From: Camelus dromedarius | Taxonomy: Eukaryota | Assembly (NCBI RefSeq): GCF_036321535.1 | Contig: NC_087437.1 | Coordinates: 70,558,001-70,622,000, forward strand | Length of the DNA: 64,000 nucleotides | Direction: 5' to 3' | Part shown: piece by piece, positions 52,826 through 64,000 of the stretch | Position numbering within the stretch: the stretch's first letter is position 1 | How the letters are laid out: every line of letters starts with the position of its first letter | Notes under the pieces: model-generated | Databases searched by the model: none | Told to the model about the DNA's origin: nothing | What the model saw: the letters and a program-made list of their open reading frames with translations, nothing else | Translations under genes and position numbers: made by a program

Positions 52826-53689
52826 TTGCAGTCACAGACATAAACACACTGGAGAAGGTCATGAGTAAAATTTCCTATATCTTTGCATGTTCTTCAAGTG
52901 CTTGTGAACCTTTTAAAACTGCCTATGAACAGACTGATATACCTCTAAGTACCCAAGTCGCTTTAAGGGAAATTTTCTAATCTTTGAAAAAACTTATTTT
53001 TAATCTATTTTTATTCTTTGTTTTTATTTTGAACATCACTTTTGCATGTGGACTCAAGTGGACTGTCAAGTACTGATTGCTTGGCTGAACCATACAGACA
53101 GTGTTATGAATCCTTATTTTTACTCACAAGCTACCTGTTTGGTGGCTTTGTTCAAGCACATTATCTGTTTGTTACATAATAAATACATGGATTGTGGCAA
53201 TTAACTGGAAAAGTCTTACTTTCAAAAAGTTCTCAGCATTTAATATGGTGTTTGGCGTATAGTTGGGATTCAATAAATGTTTGTGGAATAAACAAATCAG
53301 CATTATTGTTAACTGTTTTGAGGGTGAGGTATAAGATTTTTTTTTAAAGACGAAATGAAATGCCCAGTATCAGACGGCAGGGTAAGAGTAAATCTGACAC
53401 TCATAATTCTTACCTCTGTGTTTCTAGACTGTTACACAGGCTCACTGAGAAGTGCCGTATATGTCTGATTTCTCAACTTCACCCTGCAGTAAACTTTTGC
53501 AATCTGGAGGCTAGAGACCTCTTTTGTAAATGTTGTCTGCCTGATGACTGTGTTGGCACCGAGGAGGCCTTAGCAGATAAAGTGAAGGAACATATGGCTC
53601 CCATCTGAATACAAATTGGTGGACATAACATGGTAATTCAGCTGAGATGTCCTCTATATTGTAAACTGAAAGAGTATGATTAGAGGTGT

Positions 53690-53960
53690 TTATAAACGGC
53701 GTCTGAATTCCCCCCACACACCCCTCCCCACCTCTTTTCCACTGTAGTTTTATCGGCCTGAATCATAGCCATCTAGCGTCCCAGTCTCACTGTGTTATTT
53801 GTTAAAATGGCCAGCGTGAGGAATTATTAATTAAAGCTAGCAAATCACCCCGACGAGCTGTGCCCTGGCATGGCTGAAGGTTGATTGGCGAAAGTGTTCT
53901 CCTTTGGAGAAAAGACTTTTTGTGCTGGTGACGCAGTCAGGGACGGATTATTGAATGTGC
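53690..53960 (+). promoter_or_regulatory. Candidate alternative promoter
   Basis: Local CpG retention, CACCC boxes (~53712-53731), inverted CCAAT (ATTGG 53884-53888), CRE-like TGACGCA (53929-53935); no recognisable repeats; lies just upstream of a consensus splice donor. Confidence 0.55.
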
Positions 53961-54146
53961 AAGTTAGAAGAAAAATCACAGGACAAGCAAATTGAGTATT
54001 TACTGGCAAATAATTGCTCTCTTAAGCTGTGGCTGTCTTCCTAAATTCTTAGCATTCCCGAGGGTTAGAAAGAAACACAGAAAAATGCATCGGTACAGAG
54101 TACATTTCAAAAAAATTACATAGACTGATGTTTCAGGCTTGTGCAG
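53960..54146 (+). other. ZBTB20: Probable alternative non-coding first exon (start approximate), probably of ZBTB20
   Basis: Consensus donor CAG|GTAAGT at 54144-54152. The 3' end TTACATAGACTGATGTTTCAGGCTTGTGCAG resembles my recollection of a ZBTB20 transcript-variant leader. Confidence 0.55.
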
Positions 54147-57100
54147 GTAAGTGTGATTGTGTGTGCATGGAAAGTGAAAGAACAAGGGGAAGCAAGGGAA
54201 AGATTGGGGATATTATTAATCTGGTGGGGTTTTTTAAAATCAATTTGTTGTTTATTGGAATACTGCTCGGCGTATTTCTACATTGACTAAGAGTTTAGTT
54301 TCGGTGCTGCATTTATTGTGAAAGTTAGAGAAATGAGAAGGAGGGAGGATTTCTCAGTTACTTTGTGATTTTTATCAGCAGAAGAGTATGTTAATGTTTT
54401 GCCCCAACAGTAGTTATAAACTTTGCTCAGATATTTGTGGATATATGTATAAAATTATCGCTTGATTTAAGGCTCTTCAGTTATTCTCAATATTGTTAAT
54501 TATAACCTATCTTAACAGTATCACAAACACATTTGGGTACAACTATTGCGTTTATTTTTTGGAGTAAACTCTGTTTTACATTAGCACCAAGCTAGTCCTT
54601 GTTCAGAATTTCTAAAGGGACATAACAATTCTTGAATAGTTACTTAAACTTCAGGCTTCTGTAAAAAGCAAAGTGTCCTTGTTGTCAATTGTGTGGTCTT
54701 TTTGTCTGAAGTGTTGGTCAGACTACTGAGTTTTGTGGACATTTTAAGATAAGTGAGACTAGTTTAGAGACTTTTTTATAACCAAATTTAAATACATAAA
54801 AAATAAGTGTAGAAATGAAGGCTCTCATTCTATGTATAAAATGTAGACATTAAGAAACAGAGATATTCTCCTAAATATAGATAAGTTACATGAACAACAT
54901 TATCAAAATACTAACATCCACTGAGGATGAATTTCATATTCTGTGAAAACCTGAAAAATGTGCTTTCATCGACAACAAACTGTTTTCGAAATGAGAATAA
55001 TTGGCTGGTGAAATAGCATTTTAGGATTGTAATAACTATGAATAACATGGATGTAAAACAAAGGCATAAATATAATTTAAACTAAATTAACTAATTAATA
55101 ATTGCAAAGTGCTTTAACAATAAAACATCTACATGATAGGAATAATAATAGGAATAATAATAAAAATGGAAAGTCTGGCAATCACTCAAAAATTAAATCA
55201 GATGACTCTCGTAAGGTTTTAGAGAGTCAGAATTTTAAAATATAAATATATAAAACATATTTCACCTTCTAATCTACTCCTTGAACCTGGCAATATTGTG
55301 CTGGTTAGGATTTTTCCTTTCTATATCCTATTTTATTAAAAAATAGTTTTTCTTAATATGTTGAACAGAGCTCAGAAGAAAATTTAGAAAATATATTTTT
55401 TAAAGGTTTAATTCCCACTGGATAACATTCTGCCCTCAAATTTCAAGAGGCAGCGTTCTTAAAGTTTCTTATGACTATTTGAGGGCACAATTTGGTCCAT
55501 TATTTTGAAATAGCAAAGGGGGCATTTAAAGCATATGTTCAGAGACTAAACCATCTGCCTGCTTTATTATGAATACCACAGAATTATGAGGACTTGGAAA
55601 GGCTCAAAAATTGAACTAGAGTTCTATGCAAGATTTGAAAAAAAAATACAACACTTTTCTTTTAAAACGTGTTTTGTAAGCACTTACTTTTGCTAAGTAT
55701 TTCATTAGTCTTCTGTGGGAGAACTGTATCATTACACCTTTTGATGTATGGGGAGTGAATGGTAAAGTGTAATTGAGTGACATGAATCTATAGCAAGTTA
55801 ATGGTAATATTTTCTTTCTTATTTAACTCACTACACTTAAATGCCTTTTGGAGTTTTGGATTGACTTTTCAATAGTGAAACTCACAGTGAATTGGAGAAA
55901 CATTATAAAATGGTGACCGCTGGAACAAAAATGAAATCCAGCTGCTTGCTTCTGGACTATCTACAAATGAGTTGCAGGAGACATGTGGAGGTCAGACTAA
56001 AGAGTGCTTCTGTAATCCAATTGTGATGTAATGCAAGTATGAATCAGCTATTGGTTGTCTGTGCTGGGGTGGGGGGAGCGAAAAATGAGCGTAACTTGGT
56101 GTTATTCCAGTGTGGTACTATATTCCTTTGGTATCTGAAAGGATATGAAATCCAGAAATTAATACAAGAACAAAAATCTTATTTGGGTCCCAAACATAAT
56201 AATTTCAGCCCAAAGTTGTTATATAAGGACAAATTAAGATAAGTATCATTTTTAGGATGTCTAGTGTCCAATTAGAGTTCCTCTAACTTACCTGAGTTGT
56301 TACTAGAGTCAGTCTGAGACTACCTGGATCATTATCAGAGGAAATGCAGAAAATAGACTAAAACCAGTCTGAAATATAAGGTTTCATTGTTGAGATGACT
56401 TACTACTGTTTGTTGCTTAATGAAAATTATTTAATTAAGAGAAAATGATAATGGAGGCAAAGAACTGAAGTGTTTGGTTTAAGATTCTAAGATATATACA
56501 TACATATGTATGTAAAACACATATAAGTAAATAATATATGCACATATATTATCACATGTATACATATACAATTTTTAAAAGAAAAAATATTTTTAGGATT
56601 ATACACTTTGTTAGGCTGATTAAGCTTAGGAGTTTTTCTTTTTATACAGTCTAAAGAGTGCACACGCAGATTTTGACACAGCTATAGTTGGCTTTCCAAA
56701 CTGAAGGATATCAGAATTAATGATCTGGTGCTGAAAATACCTGTGTTCAATTTCATATGGATATTCTCATAGTAGTATTTTAATTTTATGCCTCCCTAAA
56801 TTACAATCCTGCAAGTAATCAAATGAATCTATTAACCCAAAGACTACAAAATATTTTCATTATTATAGGAGGCTTACTCTTATTTTATACTTTAGGTGAG
56901 TTTGATAGATATATAAAATACACACACACACACACACTTTTTTGTGTTGTTTTGTTTTTCTCATTTATTTCTGCCACCTAGATCCAAACAGGGAATTAAA
57001 ATGGCTGAAAAAGAAAAAGAAATAGATAATATGGTGGAATAAATAAATTAGAAGTAGATAAGAAAGGTACACAAATTAAAACAATAAACAAGTGCAAGGA

Positions 57101-57894
57101 TATAAAAATGGAGTCAGGTCGGTACACAAACTACATTTGGTGAAGTGCTATATATTTGCCTTTGAACTTTCATGCAGCTAAGTCAAAGAGAAAATCATGA
57201 CAGGTTATGCAATTTACAGCATTCATAAGAATAGTAAAATAATTTTTCTCATTTATTACTAAAGTTCTTGCAAAATATCAGACTGAGTTTTCAGAGAACT
57301 CAGTGCTGAGACAACAATCACTGAAACAGTTACAGGCTGCAGAGGCTGAGAGGCTGGGGCAGAAGCAGCGGCAGCTCCTCGGGGCGGGGGGTTGGGGTGG
57401 GCTACAGTTAGTGCAATAATGTTGGCTGACCACGATCCTGGAAAGCAGGGACTTGAGGAGGACATTTCTAAAATTATTTTATATAAATATATATATACAC
57501 ACACATGTGTAGTTTAATGGTAAATAAAAGATTTAGAAGGCGTCCACTTTTATAATAGCCATTAAAACATATTTTATCAAATAAACCTCTTGAATCAACA
57601 TTGCCTCCCTAAAATTGTTAATGAACCATTGCTGCCTTTCATCTTCTACTTTTACTTTAAGCACATGGTCAGTCTTTGTCAAGTTTTAGAAAAGAATCCT
57701 TTCTGGCTTGAAATTTAATGTTTCTTGCCCTTATGTCCTCCCTTGGTTCATTTTCAAAAGTCTTAGCAAACTGCCTGGTCTTTTCGCAGGTAGTTTTGAT
57801 GGTTAAGTTGCATTGAATAGGCCAGTCTTTTCTCCATATTGAAAAGGTGAAGCATAAAGGCTTCTTTTCACATCGCCTTTGTAACCCAAGCCAT

Positions 57895-58068
57895 AGTAAG
57901 TAGCCCAAGGACCACCTGTACCAGAATTACCTAGGGTGCCTGTCAAAATGAAGATCCTTGGGTCTCATTCTGGAATTACTGAATTAGAAGCTCTGAGGAT
58001 GGAGTCTGGGGATCTGCAATTTAGGAAGCTACCCAGGTTAGTTATGCGCACTAAAGCTTGAAAACCAC
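57895..58068 (+). mobile_element. MER5A-like hAT-Charlie MITE
   Basis: cagaattacctagggtgcctgtcaaaatgaagatcc...tactgaattagaagctctg...atctgcaattt...gcactaaagcttgaaaaccac. Confidence 0.75.
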
Positions 58069-59600
58069 ACTTTCAAAATCATGGCTTTAAAATTTCAGGG
58101 TCTGAGCATAAAATGGTAAGATTTCCACACCGCAGTTGGTGAGGGCTTATTATATTAACACTGACCAAAACAATAATAAGTGATGATTGCTCGCTCATAA
58201 AACTGGAAGATTGAGCTCAGAAAAGAATTCTGTGTTTGTTTGAACCCTTCAAGCCATATCTCACCATTGCCAAAAAATGTTCTTTAATATTTTAGCCACC
58301 ATATGTTGATATACTATATGCTATGTCGTATGTTGGGTCTGGGTGATACAAAGATGAAAAAGGACAAGTCCAACCATTGTCTGAAAAAATTCACAATCTG
58401 GAATAATTTATTACTACTAAGATACTGTCTTCTCCATACTCGGAGAAGTATGAATCACCACATACTCTCCTGTCGAGTAAAACTAAAGATTTCTATTGTA
58501 TTATATCAGTATGTGTATACGCTTGTTGATAGCAATTTCATTTAATAGGACCCTGCTACAATTTTGAAGCTGCAAAATGTAAGAAACCATTGTCGATTCT
58601 TCCTTCTTCCCCTCAGCAGGAGTCTATATCTCCCAGGCCTGGAATGGCAGATATCATGGGGGCCTTCTATTCCATTGCTCTCATCATCATTCAGTGATTT
58701 GTTACCAGGATCCTTTTTGAGGGGAGAAGACATGTGTAAGTGAATGCACCTGACATTGCGAAGACTCGCATGTCTTTTTCCACTGCCCCTCTGGGGCCTC
58801 AGCTGACCTATAGGAAATGCTGGAACCTATAGCAGCAGCCTCCCTAGTTGGCAGGGGCTTGCGCTGCTTCTGCCTAAGACCCTGCTCCAAAGTCTCAGCA
58901 GTGCCAGAAATGGGGTATCAACAGGCTAGAAGAGACATTTTGGGCAAAAAAGAATTTGGTAGCTGGTCTGAGGAACAGGAGGAGAGCTTGCAACTTCACT
59001 GATGACTCGTGTTTTCCTGGAAAAGTACTGGAGACACCCGCCCCCTTTATTATTTCCAGAGAAATATGAGAAATATTGTGAGAGCTTCTGTGTCTGTTTT
59101 CCCTTTCCTTCCCTTCTTTTCAACATATATTTATTGTGTGTTTAGTGCCATGCTTTCCTCTAGGAACTAGGGGTAAAATGGTGAATAAAGTTTCACTTAC
59201 ATGAAATATGTATTAGAGTACATAATGTATTAGGATAGAAAGGGAATAAAATTACTAAATATAAAATGTGAAGTAATATAAACAAAAATAATATGCTTTA
59301 TTTTTGAGACATTGCCTATTGCATTCTCCATGACTTCCAAATGCATTCATATTATTTCATAATATGGATGTATGTATGAATGTGTGCATGTGTATGTGTA
59401 TAAATATATATATATTTCTTATGCATTTATAAATTTCTTTGGGGAACAGACCAGTCAGTTCAGGACTCTCCCTGTTGTGGGAAGCTCTTTTCTCATGGGG
59501 ACCTGCACATAACATAAGGGGGAAAATAAGCCACCTGCAAGGACCAAACTGTGTGCACAATCAACGCCAAGATCATTCTTTTTCATCTTTTAGCTTGTTC

Positions 59601-59623
59601 GTGTATGTGTATGTGTATGTGTA

Positions 59624-59647
<24 letters not shown>
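59601..59647. repeat. Compound (GTGTAT)n(GT)n microsatellite
   Basis: Directly visible. Confidence 0.95.
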
Positions 59648-59654
<7 letters not shown>

Positions 59655-60319
59655 GGTTTTGTGTTTTTGGTTTTTTAATGAGTTCAGGATACCCAGAGGT
59701 GCAAGAGGTAGATACGTTATAGGGTCAATCTTCCAGGGATAAAGTAGAGAAGACAAACAATGAACAATAGTATGTGGCTTTGATAAGGTTCTGTGAAGGA
59801 CAGAGTAAGGAGTACTACCCTAGATTAGATCTGAGCATAGGCAACAGGAAAATTTTCCCAGAGGGGTCACATTTTTAACTGAGACTAACAACCTAAGATT
59901 AAAGCAAAACAAAAAGAAAGTTCCAATTTTTTCACCTGCTCACCTAAGTAATATGTGCTCACGGTGAAAATATTTTAGACAGTAGGACAACCTATTTTTT
60001 TTAAGGGGGCGGTGGGGAGTGGAAATCACTGGTTCATTCAGTACTTGAGAAACCATTGTTAACATTCATAATATACTTTTTTGAGCATGTATTATGTTCT
60101 AGGGTCATGCCAGCCAGCCACTGTCTTCTCAGAAGGGAACATTTTAATTAGCAGGCAATATGAATAGAAGCAACTGAAATTTTAACTCCTGTTAGCTGTC
60201 CTCAGATTTGGGCCCACAAAGCAGCTGAGTCCCAGCTCTAGTTGATGCAGACAGAATAGCACATATGCAGTATTCTCTTGAACAGACATCATAACACCTG
60301 CTGTCATCCCCACTTCGTG

Positions 60320-60573
60320 TAGGTCTGAGAGTTGGACTCATTGGCTCTACTTCTTCTCTATCTGTGTGATCCTAGGCAAGTTATTTGGCCTCTCCATGTC
60401 TCAGTGTCCTTATCTGTTAAACTGGATTATTAACAGTACACACCACATGAGATATTTTGAGCAATAAGTAAGATAATGCATGTAAAGTGCTAATCACAGT
60501 ACTTGGCACATAGTGTAGTATCAAGTGCTATCATTATTATGATGCTGATGCTGATTATTATTATTATTATTAT
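60320..60573 (+). mobile_element. MIR SINE followed by a (TGA/TTA)n tail
   Basis: ctgtgtgatcctaggcaagttatttggcctctccatgtctcagtgtccttatctgt...gataatgcatgtaaagtgct...cttggcacatag. Confidence 0.85.
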
Positions 60574-62869
60574 ACACATTTTCATTACCAAGGAAACTTG
60601 CCGAAAACATATTTTGTCCAGTGCAACTCCATTGTCACTATGTCACTACTGACAAAACAAGTCAAAACACACTTCCTACTAAGGGTGGGCCAGAGATATC
60701 TTTGCCACACACATGAAGAATCTGGGTTTATAGCTGAAAATTATAATATAATCTAGCTCAGTAGATAAATGACATTATGCAGACTAATTTTCTGTTTCTA
60801 GGTAGAAATGCTGTTTAAATCTGCCTTAAATGCCCTTCATGTTACAGATTTTGTTTCAACAATTTGTGGCTAACTAGGTTTGTTTTATTAAAAGGAACTT
60901 TCAAATCCAAAGCCCTAATGTTTTTCGCATAGTGCTATTTTTTATATTATCAGTGACTAAAGGAGATTAGAAATATAATTTTACCCAAAAAGGCATCTTC
61001 AGGAAAGAAAGGATTGTACGTCGTCAAGATTTGTATCTTAACACAACAGTGAACAAAGATATCAAGGTTAGTGGTGCCACATAGTAGGTGCTTAATTAGT
61101 CTTTTTGAATTGATTTACGTTTTATGAGGAAAAGCATGTGAACATCAGTGTAGATGTTCTGTAGAAGTTTGAATAATTTTAAGAGAATGATGGCACAATG
61201 GAATAACAGTATATTAAGAAAAACGGTTGTATGGAATCTTAACAACACATTTTGTTAACTTTTAAAACAGTAGGCTTGCCTCAGCACGAAAGGCTGAACT
61301 ATATTGTGAAAAGAATGTCGACTTTGTGGTTGCACAGCCATGTATTTGGTTATCACCTCTACCATTTACAAAATATATTATCATGCACTCATTATTTCTT
61401 ATGTCTAAGTCCTCAAAGGGAAAATGGAGCAGAAATGGCTTCATTACATGGTATATGTGCATAGTGCCATGAAGAGTTCTTGGAATGTAATAGGTACTCA
61501 ATAAATGATATCCGTTAACAACGGCAATAATAACAATAAGACAGAAAAGCCCTGTGTATATGAATATAAGCTCATTATATATAGAATATATATAAATATA
61601 TATGGTTCATGTGAATTAATATATGCATACCAATACTAAATAAATGCTAATATTTGAAATTACCTTGCTTAATGTTTGACACACCATAGGAACGATGCAT
61701 GTAAATTTTACCCCTTTCAATGCCTTTATAAAAAGATCTGTCTTATTTTAGTTAAATGAAAATAGAATTCAACAATCTAAAACTTTATCTTTTGAAAAAT
61801 GACAATAAAAGCAAAAGCCACCAAAGGATTTGTTACTAAAATAGTCAAATAATTTGGACTTTATGCAAATAAACAGCAGGGATAACACTCCACTTCAAAT
61901 GATAAAGAAAGTGAATTAACTTGAGAAATTCTTAGGTGAGCCCTGATTTGAATAGTATTAATTGGAAGTTTTTTAAAGATCAAAGGGCTATTATTGCTAG
62001 TTTCAGTGGTAGCTACATATGGAAAATGGCTGCAGAGATTCACAATTCAAAAATAGTTCATTGCTAAATTCGAAATTCTGTTAATGTCACAAACAGTGGG
62101 ATGCGAAACACAAATGAATTGTGATGACAGTTGAGTCCCAAGCTGCCTATATTTTTTCTCTCAGAGCTGCCCATATTTGGCTTTATATTTTTCTCAGTCT
62201 TGATTTAACCCATCAATATTTGTATTTTCTGAAGCTAGCACCACCTTGGAGCATCCCACTTAAAGATTTTATTCCTAAATGCTTCCTGGTTCCTAGGAAT
62301 TTTGCTCTCACTGCATTTCTTCTCACAGATATGTATTCTTGAATTTACCTCTCATCTTAGAGTCAGAGTTTCAAACACTTCTTAACCTGCAGCTTCTAAG
62401 GCTTGGTGTTGCACTTCACTCCTCCGTTTCTCTCGTGTTTAAGTGTCATTCCATCCCTCCTCTTCTGCAGGACATATTTCTTCTCCGTGTTGCTTTGACT
62501 TGGGGTACTTCCTGTCCTCTTGACAATTTACATTCATTTCCTATTATAGTTTTTAAAAACTTGGTTTTCTAAATGTCACTCTTATCCTCTTTGGTGGAAG
62601 GTTTTTATAATCCTTGATTTGGGGAACAAGAGTAGAAACATTATTTTATAAACTGAATAAAGCTCCCTTTTAAATACAGAAATTCCATATAACCATAAGC
62701 TAGCTTGACTTTGGGAAAATGTCATTTAAAAATATCTCTAAAATGCATTGCTAAAATGACCAAATTATTTTGGTTTAATGGATTTTGTAGCTTGGATACC
62801 AGACCTACCTCACAGTGCAACAGTCCTGACAAAATATGTTTTATCTTGATTTTACTGCAGGCAGTGATT

Positions 62870-63075
62870 TGGCTGCCATTTATTGAATGACCTCTCTGCA
62901 CCAAGAGTTTTACATTTAATTCTTAAAACAAGCCTGTGAGATAGGTACCGTTATCTTCACTTAATAGATGGAAAAACTTTAACCTCCAGAGGTTAAATGA
63001 CTTGTTAAGGGTGGAAATACGATACAAACCCAAGGTTCTAAGACTCTAAAACTCATCCTTTATCCATTACCACAT
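62870..63075 (-). mobile_element. MIR SINE
   Basis: catttattgaatgacc...catttaattctt...cctgtgagataggtaccgttatc...gaggttaaatgacttg. Confidence 0.75.
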
Positions 63076-64000
63076 TCTTGTGCCTGGTTATATATTTACA
63101 TTATTGGTAGTAGGAAAGAAGTTTGTAGTATAATTTAATTGGGGGCATAGCCAATTTCATCAAAGCAAACAAAGCGATGATGAGATTTTACTTTTACTGT
63201 GTTATCATTTTTATAGAAATATGAGTCCTGGGTTATAGATTTAATAGATCTCCAGGAGGCTGAAGCACATGAGTATAGGCAACTCTTTTTACTGCTCCCT
63301 TTGGTTTCAGGAAACAGGTTATTACTAGTTCTGAAGAAACTGGAGCTTAAAATGGGTGGTTCATAGATCAGGGGTTTCAGACTTTCCAGCAAAATCCTCC
63401 TGTGACTTGTCCTAGTCTTCTTCCCCAAAATTAAAAACTGATGATTATTCTCAGCAAACATATTCTGTAGATTTTTCCCATCAAATTTCTGAAGAATGAT
63501 TATTAGTATTATTAGTAGTAGTATTTAGTACTTTTACAAAGCAAATGCTTAATACATTTTTAATCCATTTCATCATCAATCCATATGTTTCTCTTATGAG
63601 ATGTTAATTAATCACTGTACTTTTACATAGTGCTTTACAGTTTACAGTTTAGAAAATATATGCCCCCAAAATAGCACATTGTCTTTTCCTCAAGGTTACC
63701 AAAAATGGAATGTGTAATTTAGCTACAATTTGCATATACAGTAAAGCAGTGGTAGGAATACCCTCCTACCAAGATCAAGAAGCTTTATTTTTCAGAGTAG
63801 AACTCAGATGTGGTTTTCCAATTTGCCTTTATGCAGCTGGACCATTGAGTTTGCCAGTTTGGAGTCCAAATCCCAATGCCTTGCTTTAAGCAAGACTTGG
63901 GGGTTAGTGTAGATTGGCTTAGTTTATAACTTTGTTACAACCGCTTACTTCATTTGGGTCAAAACCTCCAAGAGCACTCTTGACCATTTCGCTAGAATTT

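Noticed and set aside
56490..56570. Palindromes such as tacatacatatgtatgta
   Set aside because: A by-product of degenerate (TA/CA)n microsatellite.
9691..61870. Several octamer motifs (ATGCAAAT/ATTTGCAT) across the window
   Set aside because: The count is close to the rough chance expectation for 64 kb of AT-rich DNA.
1..64000. CRISPR arrays, prokaryotic operons, tRNA/rRNA genes or a novel multi-gene system
   Set aside because: None seen. The sequence is mammalian intron, and the short tandem repeats have only 2-3 copies without unique spacers.

Overview
This is AT-rich mammalian genomic DNA with no intact protein-coding gene. The lineage-specific L1 3' UTRs, and the apparent absence of Alu, Bov-A, PRE1 and Can-SINE elements, point to a camelid (inference). 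The window looks like intronic and 5'-UTR territory of a very large + strand gene. A 74-nt non-coding exon (12512-12585) and a probable alternative promoter/first exon ending in CAG|GTAAGT at 54146 both match my recollection of ZBTB20 5'-UTR exons; this needs BLAST confirmation. Positions ~1.1-9.1 kb are a nested stack of transposons: an old L1M carrying a young 5'-truncated L1, a short L1 3' end and a Tigger1-derived MITE. The rest is MIR, L2, MLT1, hAT and L1M relics interspersed with candidate cis-regulatory stretches. I found no evidence of a novel multi-gene system. The most unusual observation is a young L1 whose 5' truncation point falls within ~4 nt of the homologous position of the ancient L1 it inserted into, at the RT YADD/FADD motif. 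Repeat boundaries and subfamily names are by eye and approximate.
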